The notes under the pieces are model-generated. The model searched no databases and was not told the origin of the DNA. It saw only the letters and a program-made list of their open reading frames with translations. A stretch of DNA of 64,000 nt from positions 67,138 through 131,137 of the forward strand of contig CAAGEE010000018.1 of NCBI GenBank assembly GCA_900768815.1. Reading direction: 5' to 3'. Position numbers and translations under genes: made by a program. Shown one piece after another: positions 1 through 9,343 of the stretch (the stretch's first letter is position 1; each line of letters starts with the position of its first letter). Source of the stretch: Bacilli bacterium (GTDB lineage Bacteria; Bacillota_I; Bacilli_A; RF39; UBA660).

Positions 1-179
1 ATTATGCAACAATAAATGAATTAACTGTTTTGTCTAATTTAGAGTCACATAATGCTGAACTAATTAAAAATGGTAAGAGTAAAGAGGAGAGATTTGATAT
101 ATTATGTGAAATAGCAAAATATCAACTAAATATTTTAAATAATGCAGAGCATATAAAAAAATTAAATGAAAATAGTTAA
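1..179 (+). CDS. 3' end of an upstream hypothetical gene (partial)
   Basis: Open frame runs from the window edge and ends ...KKLNENS, stop at 177-179. No recognisable domain. Confidence 0.3.
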   Translation, partial: YATINELTVLSNLESHNAELIKNGKSKEERFDILCEIAKYQLNILNNAEHIKKLNENS

Positions 180-228
180 TGCTTGTGATATGATATATTT
201 ATATTGATAATATTTGGAGGTATGTAAT

Positions 229-849
229 ATGACAACTGTATATTTAGTAAGACACTCAGAAGTAATAAGGAAACAATTAGGGATGATTGATAGTAATGAA
301 GATTTTTATACTTCTAATAAGAAGACTGTTTTAAGTGTTGATGGAGAAAGATTAGCTGAGAGAGTTAGTTTAATGGATGAGTTTAGTAATTTAGATGTAG
401 TATGGAGTAGTAGTTTTTCTAGAGCTATTAGTACGGCAAAGTATTTTGCTTATAGAAATAATTTGCTTATAAATATTACTGATGGATTTAATGAAAGACG
501 TCATGGTATTAAGAATTTAAGTGAATTGCCAAGTGATTTTGAAATTCATCAATTTAATGATTATGACTATAAGATTGGTGATGGCGAGAGTAGAAGAGAA
601 ACTTTAGAGAGAATGTATGACTCTCTTATGAGGGTAATGGATGAGTATAAAAATAAGAAAATTTTAATAGTAAGTCATTCTACTTCTATTATGTATTTAC
701 TTGGTAAATGGTGTAGTGTTTGTTATGATGGTGATTATAAGTTTAAGGATAAGACTTTTTTTGATGGTAAGTGGAAATACTGTCAAACTTTTAAATTAGT
801 ATTTGATGATGACTTTACTTTGTGTAATGTCAATATTGTTGAAATATAG
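229..849 (+). CDS. histidine phosphatase family protein (phosphoglycerate mutase-like)
   Basis: N-terminal VYLVRHSEV matches the catalytic RHG/RHSE motif of the His-phosphatase superfamily. GGAGG RBS at 216-220, 8 nt before the ATG at 229. The six-frame ORF 214..849 has a TTG in-frame upstream, but an ATGTAA mini-frame at 222 argues for the 229 start. Confidence 0.7.
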   Translation: MTTVYLVRHSEVIRKQLGMIDSNEDFYTSNKKTVLSVDGERLAERVSLMDEFSNLDVVWSSSFSRAISTAKYFAYRNNLLINITDGFNERRHGIKNLSELPSDFEIHQFNDYDYKIGDGESRRETLERMYDSLMRVMDEYKNKKILIVSHSTSIMYLLGKWCSVCYDGDYKFKDKTFFDGKWKYCQTFKLVFDDDFTLCNVNIVEI

Positions 850-890
850 AAAAGTTAATGATACTATTTTCTTATACTAGGAGGTATTAT

Positions 891-1649
891 ATGGGATTTT
901 TATTTGGTATGAAAAAAAAAGAAAAAAAAGATACTGCACGTGATGATTATAGTCAGGAAGATCTTAGTAAAAGAGTAGAAGAAATTAAAAGAGAACAAGA
1001 ACGAGAAATAGAAGAAACAAAAAGAAGAGCTATGGAAACTGATGCGATGATTAGTGATAGTATTAAAAAGATGAATGCTATTGCGAATGGTCCTAATGCA
1101 CAAAGTATTAGATCGTCTGATTTGGACTATTTAGATAAAATATTGGGAAGAACTCAAAGTAGTTCTACTGAACAAGTGTTAATAGCTAGACATAGGGGAG
1201 AAATTTCTGAGTCAGAGAAGATAGAGAAAAAAGAAACTATTAAGCATGAGTCTGAAACTGAAGAACTTCCTGTTAAAGACCAGCCTAAATATGTAGCTGA
1301 TTTTTCGGATGATAGATTACTTTTAATGACACATGCAGTTTCAATTGTTGATAGTAGTCCAGATTTTATTAACCAACTTTATGGTATTTTGAAAGAGTTT
1401 GGTCATTATGGTTATGGGACTGATTGTTATCCTTCATTTGAAACGTCACTTGATCTCGCAAATAGTTTAAAATCATTGAGAGATTCTGGTGCCAATATTG
1501 ATGCGGTATTACTTTCACAAGCGGAAAAAAACAAAAGAGCAAAAGATGTTAGAAATAGACAAGATCCAGACTATGCTAATGAACTTGGACAAATGCTTGA
1601 TGATAAAGCTACAGGTAAGGTAGAAAATAGAGATGCAAAACAACTTTAA
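891..1649 (+). CDS. hypothetical acidic, Lys/Glu-rich coiled-coil protein
   Basis: AGGAGG RBS at 879-884 then ATG at 891. No recognisable domain. Runs A9 and A8 sit in codons 7-13. Followed by an intrinsic terminator. Confidence 0.55.
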   Translation: MGFLFGMKKKEKKDTARDDYSQEDLSKRVEEIKREQEREIEETKRRAMETDAMISDSIKKMNAIANGPNAQSIRSSDLDYLDKILGRTQSSSTEQVLIARHRGEISESEKIEKKETIKHESETEELPVKDQPKYVADFSDDRLLLMTHAVSIVDSSPDFINQLYGILKEFGHYGYGTDCYPSFETSLDLANSLKSLRDSGANIDAVLLSQAEKNKRAKDVRNRQDPDYANELGQMLDDKATGKVENRDAKQL

Positions 1650-1671
1650 GTAATTAAAATTATGTATTAAA

Positions 1672-1700
1672 AAACTTCTGGGCAGGAAGTTTTTTCTTTT
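1672..1700 (+). terminator. rho-independent terminator
   Basis: Hairpin aacttctgggcaggaagtt followed by a T-run. Confidence 0.6.
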
Positions 1701-2000
1701 GTGTAAGTTGTATTTTTACTACTTGAGACTTCTTGGATGAAAGAATAGTTTTCTACTGTTGGGTAAGACTTTATTATATAGTTTATTTTAGTTTCTGGTT
1801 TGTTGGGCTTTGACTATCCTTTTTACTATCTTTATTAGTTTCTTACTCCTTCTTATCTTCTTAAGTGTAGCGCTTCTTGTTAAATTTGTCTGTTTGTAAT
1901 TTTATTATTGCATGCTATACTATTTATCAATAGTGGAGGTATGTTTTTTATGGATATTTATAATTTAATTTTTGTAGTTGAGATAATTGTGTAAATAAAT

Positions 2001-2228
2001 TTGTTGTCAAAGTTTAGAAAAACTAGAGAAGGAAAATACTTTAATATATTTAAGGGATTTGTCACAGTACAATTTATATTAATAAGATTAATGTATTTTT
2101 ATGTTTTGTTTGGTGGTGTTAGAGGTTTAAATGAAGCATTGATACAATTACTTATTATGGGTGTGTTTCTGGTTGCGAATATTTTATTGGTATTAAAAAG
2201 TAAAGCTTTAAAAAAGCAAATTGTTTGA
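2001..2228 (+). CDS. small two-TM membrane peptide (hypothetical)
   Basis: 75-aa ORF with two hydrophobic helices. TTG start and weak RBS, so low confidence. Confidence 0.3.
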   Translation: MLSKFRKTREGKYFNIFKGFVTVQFILIRLMYFYVLFGGVRGLNEALIQLLIMGVFLVANILLVLKSKALKKQIV

Positions 2229-2425
2229 ATGGAACAGTTAATTGTGTGTTAGACTTGACAATGTATTTAGCAAAGTATTTTAAAATTTCAGGGAATAATG
2301 TTTTAGAATTTTCTATTTTTGTTAATAGAAATACAGAGTATGATGTTAGATTGATGGAGAATACTTTAGAGATTATAAAAGATGGTAAAGTATATGAATG
2401 GAATATTTCTTCATTATATAATTAG
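2225..2425 (+). CDS. small hypothetical protein
   Basis: 66-aa ORF overlapping the previous stop by 4 nt, which suggests translational coupling. No domain. Confidence 0.3.
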   Translation: MNGTVNCVLDLTMYLAKYFKISGNNVLEFSIFVNRNTEYDVRLMENTLEIIKDGKVYEWNISSLYN

Positions 2426-2439
2426 TAAGTGAGGTTTTT

Positions 2440-3279
2440 ATGTTAGTATATAAAAGAACGTTTGATAATATTAAGAATGTAGATGGTAATTTTCCGATTG
2501 AAGATCAATATTTTGCTTCTAGTGATGAGGCTATTGTTGCGGATGGTATTACAAGAGATCCGATTGGTTGTAGTGATTTAGCTTCTATATCACAAGAAGA
2601 GTTTGTTAAAAAATATCCAAATCCATCAGGCGCTTATTTGGCTGCTAAAGAAATATGTAATACATTTTCTATAGCTACAGGAAGTTTATATGAAAGATTA
2701 ATAAAATGTAATGAGAGTGTTAAGTTATTAAATAATAAATATATTTTAAAATGTGATTATTTAGAAAGTGATTATTATGGAGCGGTTGCGTCTTGCATTA
2801 GAATAGAAAATAATATTTTGAATTATGCTTATATATGTGACTGTGGAGTTATTGTTTATGATAAGAAAGGAAATATTAAGTTTCAAACAGCTGATGATAA
2901 AGAACTTTATAGTGATCCATATATAAATAAGATAGGAATTCCGTGGAATTTAGCGGAAGCTAGAGTTATAGTTAGAAGAGATTATCGAAATAATATTAAT
3001 AATATAAAAGATGGTAAATGTGTTTCATATGGAGCGATTACGGGAGAAGATGCGGTTAGAGAATTTATAAGATATGGAAGTTTTAATTTAGAAAAAAATG
3101 ATATTGTATTAGTGTATAGTGATGGTTTTACAAAGTTTTTACATGATGGGGATTTTGTTGAACAGATAGTCAATTTTGATGTATTAAAGTTTGAGGATTA
3201 TGTTAATAAAAAGGCTTTAAGTGATTATTCCAAATATGGTAAGGAAAAGACTATTGTTATGTTTATAAATAAAGAGTAA
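2440..3279 (+). CDS. hypothetical protein, possibly a PP2C/SpoIIE-like phosphatase fold
   Basis: RBS-like gtgaggtt upstream. The motifs IVADGITRD and IVLVYSDGFTKF resemble the metal-binding DG and SDG motifs of PPM phosphatases. This could not be verified. Strong terminator downstream. Confidence 0.5.
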   Translation: MLVYKRTFDNIKNVDGNFPIEDQYFASSDEAIVADGITRDPIGCSDLASISQEEFVKKYPNPSGAYLAAKEICNTFSIATGSLYERLIKCNESVKLLNNKYILKCDYLESDYYGAVASCIRIENNILNYAYICDCGVIVYDKKGNIKFQTADDKELYSDPYINKIGIPWNLAEARVIVRRDYRNNINNIKDGKCVSYGAITGEDAVREFIRYGSFNLEKNDIVLVYSDGFTKFLHDGDFVEQIVNFDVLKFEDYVNKKALSDYSKYGKEKTIVMFINKE

Positions 3280-3308
3280 ATGACGTTTAGTGAACGTCAT
3301 TTTAATTT
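3280..3308 (+). terminator. rho-independent terminator
   Basis: Perfect hairpin atgacgtttagtgaacgtcat followed by a T-rich run. Confidence 0.65.
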
Positions 3309-3680
3309 GTTAAATTGATTATTTCTTTTTTCATGATATTGTAGTTCATAGCTTTATGATGGCAGTAAAATAATTTGTGAAAACAGTTTTTAACTATACC
3401 AATAATGATATGGACTTTTTCAAGTGGGGTTCTGGGAAAATATTATATTTTTTAGAGTTTTTATTATTACTGCTGTAGAATCAGATTCTTTTTCGTAAGA
3501 TATTTTGATTTTTTTTTGTAAATACATGTATGATATTTATTGAGGATGTGATTAGTGGTTGAATAGACACATGCTTTGACAGTATGTGTTTTTTCTATAT
3601 GTAGTAAGGATTATGTATAATTTTTCTTTACATAGTAAAAAATATAAATAGTAAAGTTTAAAAAAAGTTTGTTTTTAGGG

Positions 3681-3709
3681 TTGCTAAAGAGAAAAATATT
3701 TATTATAAT
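3681..3709 (+). promoter_or_regulatory. sigma-A-type promoter upstream of the TasA-like operon
   Basis: TTGCTA, 17-nt spacer, TATAAT (3681-3686 and 3704-3709), about 55 nt upstream of the 3765 gene. Confidence 0.5.
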
Positions 3710-3764
3710 TAAATAGAAATAGTAGGAAAGGTGGCCGGAGTGAGAATACAAGATATATAGGTGA

Positions 3765-4469
3765 ATGATGATGAATAATGGTGTTGAAGTAGAAGCTCAA
3801 AAAGTATATAAGCGAAAGTTATTTATAAAAGTAGTTAAAATAGCATTTCTATTACTACTTATTCTGATATCAATTATTTATTTATTTTTGTATATAGTCT
3901 ATGCTGGTGGTAGATTTACTGTTTCTCTTGATAAGAATATGTCTAATAGAAAAAACGTGTTTTTATCGGAAAATGGTAGTCTAAAAAATAAGGCTAGAGA
4001 GCTCTCGGCAGATACTATCGAATATATGGATAATATTTCCATTAAATGGTTACCAGATAATATCGATAAAGAGAAAACTGGTGCTCATAATGGGGATAAT
4101 TACATTGCCTATACTTTCTATGTAATTAATTCTGGAAAGGAAAAAGTAAACTATTGGTATGAGATTGACATAGATGATACTATTAAGAATGTTGATGAGG
4201 CCATTAGAATAATGATTTATCGTAATGGGGAAGCAACTGTTTATGCTAAAAAAAGTAAAGAAACTGCAAAAGCTGAACCAAATACGAAAAAGTTTGTTTC
4301 TTCAAAAATTGCTGTTTTGGAACAACGTAAGAATTTTAAACCTAATAGTAAAGATCGTTATACTGTAGTTGTGTGGATTGAAGGTGATGACCCTGAATGT
4401 AAGAATGATTTACTCGGTGGAGAAATTAAGTTACATATGGATTTCACTGAAGAACATGTTGACAAATGA
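3765..4469 (+). CDS. membrane-anchored TasA/camelysin-like paralog (SipW-cognate-type N-terminus)
   Basis: Basic N-region, one hydrophobic helix, then YAGGRF. The C-terminal motif WIEGDDPECKNDLLGGEIKLHMDF is shared with the next gene (YMWVEGQDVDCEDNASGGAIAYNLQF). RBS aggtga. Confidence 0.6.
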   Translation: MMMNNGVEVEAQKVYKRKLFIKVVKIAFLLLLILISIIYLFLYIVYAGGRFTVSLDKNMSNRKNVFLSENGSLKNKARELSADTIEYMDNISIKWLPDNIDKEKTGAHNGDNYIAYTFYVINSGKEKVNYWYEIDIDDTIKNVDEAIRIMIYRNGEATVYAKKSKETAKAEPNTKKFVSSKIAVLEQRKNFKPNSKDRYTVVVWIEGDDPECKNDLLGGEIKLHMDFTEEHVDK

Positions 4470-4486
4470 TTAAGGAGTGAAGAGGA

Positions 4487-5494
4487 ATGGAAAAGAAAAA
4501 TTCTAAAAGAAAAAGAAAAAGTAAAAAAATATTTATAGCAATATTAATGATTTTATTTACTGGTGTTATTTTAACTGCTAGTACTTATGCATGGTTTACT
4601 GCTAATAAGACAGTTACAGTTAGTCAAATTGATGTTAACGTTACTACTTCTGAAGGTTTGCAAATTTCAACAGATGCTGTTAATTGGAAAACTATAATTT
4701 CAAATGATGATATTACTGGTGCTAATTATCCAGGTGTTACTAACCAATTACCTAGTCAAACGGCTAGTATTAAACCAACATCTACAGTAGGTGATATTGA
4801 TACTGCTACTGGATTTATGAAAATGTTTGTTGGTAGTGTAACAACTAATGGTACTGGTGCTTATATTTTAACAACTACACAAAGTACAGAAACTAATTCA
4901 ACTACTTCTGGTGACTTCGTAGTATTTGATTTATATTTCCAAACTAACGTTGCTTCAACTATTTATTTAACAGCTAACTCAAACGTTCAAGCTTCTGGAA
5001 ATGCTACTGGTATTCAAAATGCTGCTCGTGTTGGTTTTGTAATTCAAGGTAATGCTGCTGCTGGTACTGATGCTACTACAGTTAGGGCATTAAAGAATGA
5101 TGGTACAGTAAAACCTGTTATTTGGGAACCAAATTTTGATGTTCATACAGCTGCTGCTGTTAAACATGCATCAGACGTTTACAATATAGTTACTTCTCAA
5201 GCTGGTGGTTCTAAAATTCCATATGTTGGTGTACAAGCTGATATTGCTGAGGGTGCTAATATAGCATTAAATTCAACTGATGCTACTTACTTTAAATCTA
5301 TTACCCCAGATATATATAGTGTTAATGCTGGTATACCTGCTGATAAATATGCACAAGCATTTGCTTTACAAGCTGGTATTACAAAAGTAAGAGTTTATAT
5401 GTGGGTTGAAGGACAAGACGTTGATTGTGAAGATAATGCTTCTGGTGGAGCTATTGCTTATAACTTACAATTCAGTACTTTAGATAAGGCATAA
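4487..5494 (+). CDS. secreted TasA/CalY/camelysin-family protein with SipW-cognate signal peptide; candidate major fiber subunit
   Basis: Signal peptide KRKRKSKK-IFIAILMILFTGVILTASTYAWFTANKT matches the SipW-cognate class (hydrophobic core then AYAxF). Mature part is T/A/G/V-rich and almost Cys-free. Strong RBS ggagtgaagagga. A strong terminator follows directly. Confidence 0.7.
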   Translation: MEKKNSKRKRKSKKIFIAILMILFTGVILTASTYAWFTANKTVTVSQIDVNVTTSEGLQISTDAVNWKTIISNDDITGANYPGVTNQLPSQTASIKPTSTVGDIDTATGFMKMFVGSVTTNGTGAYILTTTQSTETNSTTSGDFVVFDLYFQTNVASTIYLTANSNVQASGNATGIQNAARVGFVIQGNAAAGTDATTVRALKNDGTVKPVIWEPNFDVHTAAAVKHASDVYNIVTSQAGGSKIPYVGVQADIAEGANIALNSTDATYFKSITPDIYSVNAGIPADKYAQAFALQAGITKVRVYMWVEGQDVDCEDNASGGAIAYNLQFSTLDKA

Positions 5495-5508
5495 TTAATT
5501 ATAAATGT

Positions 5509-5536
5509 TAAGACCTTCGTATGAAGGTCTTTTATT
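5509..5536 (+). terminator. rho-independent terminator
   Basis: Hairpin aagaccttcgtatgaaggtctt followed by ttattc. Confidence 0.65.
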
Positions 5537-5555
5537 CTATAAGAGGGTGAAGAAG

Positions 5556-5687
5556 ATGGAGAAAAAGGAAGTTAAAATTGAGGAACTTAGCAATGATGAT
5601 TTAGTTAAACTATATCAAGATATACTTCAACATATTAAATTCTTAAATGATAGTATTATAAATGAAAGTGATGATAATAATGGGTAA
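5556..5687 (+). CDS. small hypothetical ORF (43 aa)
   Basis: RBS agagggtgaag then ATG at 5556. The 5505 start in the ORF track lies inside the terminator hairpin. Overlaps the start of the next gene. Confidence 0.2.
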   Translation: MEKKEVKIEELSNDDLVKLYQDILQHIKFLNDSIINESDDNNG

Positions 5688-7329
5688 TACAGTAATTGAT
5701 AAAGAAATTTCTATTAATAGTGAACATATAAATACATTTAAATTAGAACTTGAATCTGGTACTAAAAAAATGAAGGAGAAATTTCATAAAAGTGCTGTTA
5801 AAGAGAGAAATGAATATGTAGAAGAACAAATAAAGAAGTTTGATAAATATCAAGTAGAAGTATATAGATTGTTAAAATTACGAGTAAATAGTTTATTACC
5901 TAGTGATAAGAGTAATCATTATGATTCTTTAAAGAAAAATATTGAAAAAGAAAAACAAATAATAGTATTTAATAATAGTGATTATAGTATTGACTTTAAA
6001 CTTGGAATATTTAAGTTAATTAGTAGTATTGATATTAATGATGATGTTTCACTAAATACTATTAATAATACTTTTTTAAATATTATAAAAATATTTGAGG
6101 ATGCATCTATTAAACTTACTATTAGTGATTTTACTTATTCTATGTTTACTGAAAAGTATATGCATGTTTTTCTTGATAATATAGAGAAAAATAATAGATT
6201 TGAAGAAGTTATGAAGAAATGTTTTGATAGTATATACTGGGAATGTCCAGATATTATTAAACATTTAAAACTTAATTTTTGGAGTTTATTAGAGAAGTAT
6301 GAAGAAAAGTTAAAGATTTATACAGATACTGTTAGTTATCAATTGTTACAAAAAACTGGATATGATAAGAATAGTTTGATTGATAAGTATTTGGGTAATG
6401 TTAATAAGTATAATCTAGAAGTTTCTAGGGATGAGTTTTATAATTTAGATAGTTTTTTAAGTAAGAAAAAGAATGTTCTTGATTATTTAGATGATTCTGC
6501 TACTAGGGTTAAGAATCTTGATCAGTTTGTTATAGATGGTGAATTTAAAGATATAGAGGATAGTTCTAAGTTTTATGATAATATGGTTGAACTTGCACAT
6601 ACTTTAGGCGTTTTAAAACTATATTATCGATATGAATTTATTATTAAAGATATACAAGATAAATATAGTAAAAAGGATGCTAATAAAAGTGTTTTTTCTA
6701 ATAAATTAAAAGAGGTTAATACTGAAGAAGGCAAGCGTAAGAAGATATATAATGATTATTTAAAAGCTTGTGGTAAAAATTTATTTCACAAAGTTAATGA
6801 AGAGAAAATTAAAAGTAATAAGTTAGCAATTAATGAAGAAATATTAAAACTAGATACTTTATATAATGAATTACATGATTTAGAAATAGTAGAGTTAATT
6901 AATAAGAAAGTTAATAGTACTGATAGTTTATATGATTTATTTAGTTTAAGTTATGAGTCATACTATTATTTAGAGAAGATGTTTAATGAACATTTTAAAG
7001 ATAGTGATGATTATTCTTTTGAAGAAGAACTTAATAAGTATTTTGATTTTATATATAGTCCTTATAATGATTTTTTAAAGAAGATTAATGGTTTTTCTAT
7101 GGTAGATGTTTCTAGTGTTATTACTGATAAATATAGATTATTAGGTATTAATGTTACAAATGATAATATTAGTGTTGACAACTTAGATAGTTTTATGGAT
7201 TCTGTAAATTATGTTAAGTTTATTGATGATATTTTAAAGGGAGATTTATCATTTGATGATATTAATGTTATTGTTAAATTTAGGGAATTTGAGCCTATAG
7301 AATTACCAGATGATGATGAAATTATTTGA
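5662..7329 (+). CDS. hypothetical cytoplasmic Lys/Asn/Asp-rich protein (555 aa)
   Basis: Long uninterrupted ORF in an AT-rich genome. No TM helix and no recognised motif. Composition is similar to the 22242 gene. Confidence 0.6.
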   Translation: MKVMIIMGNTVIDKEISINSEHINTFKLELESGTKKMKEKFHKSAVKERNEYVEEQIKKFDKYQVEVYRLLKLRVNSLLPSDKSNHYDSLKKNIEKEKQIIVFNNSDYSIDFKLGIFKLISSIDINDDVSLNTINNTFLNIIKIFEDASIKLTISDFTYSMFTEKYMHVFLDNIEKNNRFEEVMKKCFDSIYWECPDIIKHLKLNFWSLLEKYEEKLKIYTDTVSYQLLQKTGYDKNSLIDKYLGNVNKYNLEVSRDEFYNLDSFLSKKKNVLDYLDDSATRVKNLDQFVIDGEFKDIEDSSKFYDNMVELAHTLGVLKLYYRYEFIIKDIQDKYSKKDANKSVFSNKLKEVNTEEGKRKKIYNDYLKACGKNLFHKVNEEKIKSNKLAINEEILKLDTLYNELHDLEIVELINKKVNSTDSLYDLFSLSYESYYYLEKMFNEHFKDSDDYSFEEELNKYFDFIYSPYNDFLKKINGFSMVDVSSVITDKYRLLGINVTNDNISVDNLDSFMDSVNYVKFIDDILKGDLSFDDINVIVKFREFEPIELPDDDEII

Positions 7330-7402
7330 TGTAAAGTTTTTTAGGACTTGGTAAATTTGATTTTTAATTATATAATATAGTTAAGAGTATGGAGGTGCTT
7401 TT

Positions 7403-7816
7403 ATGAGTGCTAGTAATGGTAATGATTTTAAAATTACAAAAGATAGTCAGGTTGTTAATATGGTCGATGTTAACACTATATATGGTGAAAATGGTGAATT
7501 TAGAAGTTGTGTTGATACTATTAGTAATGTTATTATTCCAGAACTTGAGAGATTAGCTGATAGTAATGTTATTCAATATGGTAATGTTGGTACTAGACCA
7601 ATGTTCAATAGATTAATAGACGATCTTAATGGTTTAGTTAAAATGCTTGATAATTTTACTGATGATAGAGTTACAGATTTTACAGAATTAAAGGCTAGGG
7701 AAGAGGCTGAATTACGAAGACTTAGGGAATATCTTGCAAGACTTAAGCGTCGAGCTAATGGTCCTACTCATACTGTAAATACTCCTATTATGGAGGTGAA
7801 AATAAATGAAAGTTAA
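7403..7816 (+). CDS. hypothetical protein (137 aa)
   Basis: RBS ggaggtg 8 nt upstream. The C-terminal Arg-rich helix (ELRRLREYLARLKRR) is not typical of the local composition. Overlaps the next gene by 11 nt. Confidence 0.55.
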   Translation: MSASNGNDFKITKDSQVVNMVDVNTIYGENGEFRSCVDTISNVIIPELERLADSNVIQYGNVGTRPMFNRLIDDLNGLVKMLDNFTDDRVTDFTELKAREEAELRRLREYLARLKRRANGPTHTVNTPIMEVKINES

Positions 7817-9245
7817 TACTTTAATGACTGATGGTGGAAATACTGCAGAAGACACTTTATATTCTACATCGTCTGATATAACTAATTTACAGCCTCTCAG
7901 TAGTCGGGTTGAAGAATCTTGGAAAAATGGTAACACTTTTAATTACCTTGATCCCACTAATGGTGGAACAAGCAATAGTACTACAACCGTTGGAGTAAAT
8001 AATAATAATAATAGTAATAATAGTAATAATAGTAATAATAGTAATAATAGTAACACTTCTACCAATCCTGCTAAAACGACTCTTTCTAGTGTTTCCTCTA
8101 ATTCATATGGAGATAGTTTATATATGGATGAGAGAGCAGTTGATGAGTCTATTGAAATTATTAATGAACTTAGTCATAAGTTTTATGAGGTTTTTTCTGA
8201 TTTATTGTTAGTTGAAGATTCTCTACGAAAAAAGGGAGAAGCTTCTGGATGGTGGTCTGCTTCTTCTAACTTTGCTCCGGATCTTTTTTATAATCATAAG
8301 TTTATTACTTTAGCTGATACAAACAATACAGAATGCCCAGCTAATAAATTACTTAGTATTTATCATGGTGATGAGGGTGTTAGTAATTTCTTTAAACAGC
8401 CTTCATTTAATGGATTAATATCTTCTTTAGAAGAAATTAAGCAAGCTATTCTTAATTATTCTAATGGGGTTGATACAGATAACGCTCTTAGTATTTTAAG
8501 GGCTTGGATTGGACCTAGTTGTAATCTTCCAGCAAAAATTTCTTTTGGTTCTGGCGGAAATACTGGAATTGTTAGTTCTAATGTTAATCCTGTAACTGCT
8601 CCTCCTATTTCTAGTACTGGAATTGGAAATAAGCCTAGTTCTAATATTATGGATAGTGCAGTTATTGATTTTGATAAGGATGATGGTGCTGATAATATTA
8701 AGGTAAAAGATAGTGCTACTGATGATATTACGAATGTTTCTTCAGATAAGCTAATTAAAGACTCGTCTTCGGTTGCTATTCCTGGTGTTGCTTCTATTAT
8801 TGGTAGCAGTACTAGAAATGGTAGTCTTGCGGGAGCTGTAGGCGTTGGAGCTGGTATTTTAGGATTAAATGGAGATGCTCCTTTAGAAATGTTAGATACT
8901 AATGCAGACGAGATAGATGGTAGTGATATGGCTGGTAGTGTTAGTGATGCAATTAGTGATTTTATTACACCAGATGTTGGAATTGCTAAGGGTAAAGTTG
9001 TAAAGTCATCTACTGGTGCTCCGGCTATTGCGGCTACACTTGCGGGAGTTGGTGCTTTGTCAGCAGGTGCTATAGGTGGTAAAATCTATATGGATAAGAA
9101 GAAAAACGAAGATGACGACGATGATGATGATATGGTTAGTTATGATGATGATGACTTTTTTGATAGAGAAGAGGAGAATGAAGAGGAACCTATTGATACT
9201 TCAATTGTAGACTTTAAAAATGAAATATTAAACGATAATTTATAA
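7806..9245 (+). CDS. Asn/Ser-repeat protein with C-terminal TM anchor and poly-Asp tail
   Basis: RBS ggaggtg. (NNS)n tract encoded by (AATAGT)n. No N-terminal signal peptide. C-terminal helix AIAATLAGVGALSAGAIGG followed by KKKNEDDDDDDD. Terminator downstream. Confidence 0.6.
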   Translation: MKVNTLMTDGGNTAEDTLYSTSSDITNLQPLSSRVEESWKNGNTFNYLDPTNGGTSNSTTTVGVNNNNNSNNSNNSNNSNNSNTSTNPAKTTLSSVSSNSYGDSLYMDERAVDESIEIINELSHKFYEVFSDLLLVEDSLRKKGEASGWWSASSNFAPDLFYNHKFITLADTNNTECPANKLLSIYHGDEGVSNFFKQPSFNGLISSLEEIKQAILNYSNGVDTDNALSILRAWIGPSCNLPAKISFGSGGNTGIVSSNVNPVTAPPISSTGIGNKPSSNIMDSAVIDFDKDDGADNIKVKDSATDDITNVSSDKLIKDSSSVAIPGVASIIGSSTRNGSLAGAVGVGAGILGLNGDAPLEMLDTNADEIDGSDMAGSVSDAISDFITPDVGIAKGKVVKSSTGAPAIAATLAGVGALSAGAIGGKIYMDKKKNEDDDDDDDMVSYDDDDFFDREEENEEEPIDTSIVDFKNEILNDNL

Positions 9246-9270
9246 GAGCTACTTAGGTAGCTTTTTTCTT
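9246..9270 (+). terminator. rho-independent terminator
   Basis: Hairpin agctacttaggtagct followed by T6. Confidence 0.6.
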
Positions 9271-9343
9271 TTTATTTTATGTTTTTTTTTTAGTGAGTGT
9301 ATGCTATAATTAATAATGAAAGAATAGATAGAGTGGTGGTACA

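Noticed and set aside
3300-3680. Long AT-rich intergenic region scanned for an RNA gene or riboswitch.
   Set aside because: I could find no conserved riboswitch motif or stable multi-hairpin structure by eye. Only a promoter at 3681-3709 is reported.
5505-5555. ORF-track start at 5505 for the small ORF (MLRPSYEGLLFYKRVKK...).
   Set aside because: The first 30 nt are the terminator hairpin of the upstream gene (agaccttcgtatgaaggtct). If the ORF is real at all, it starts at 5556 after an RBS.
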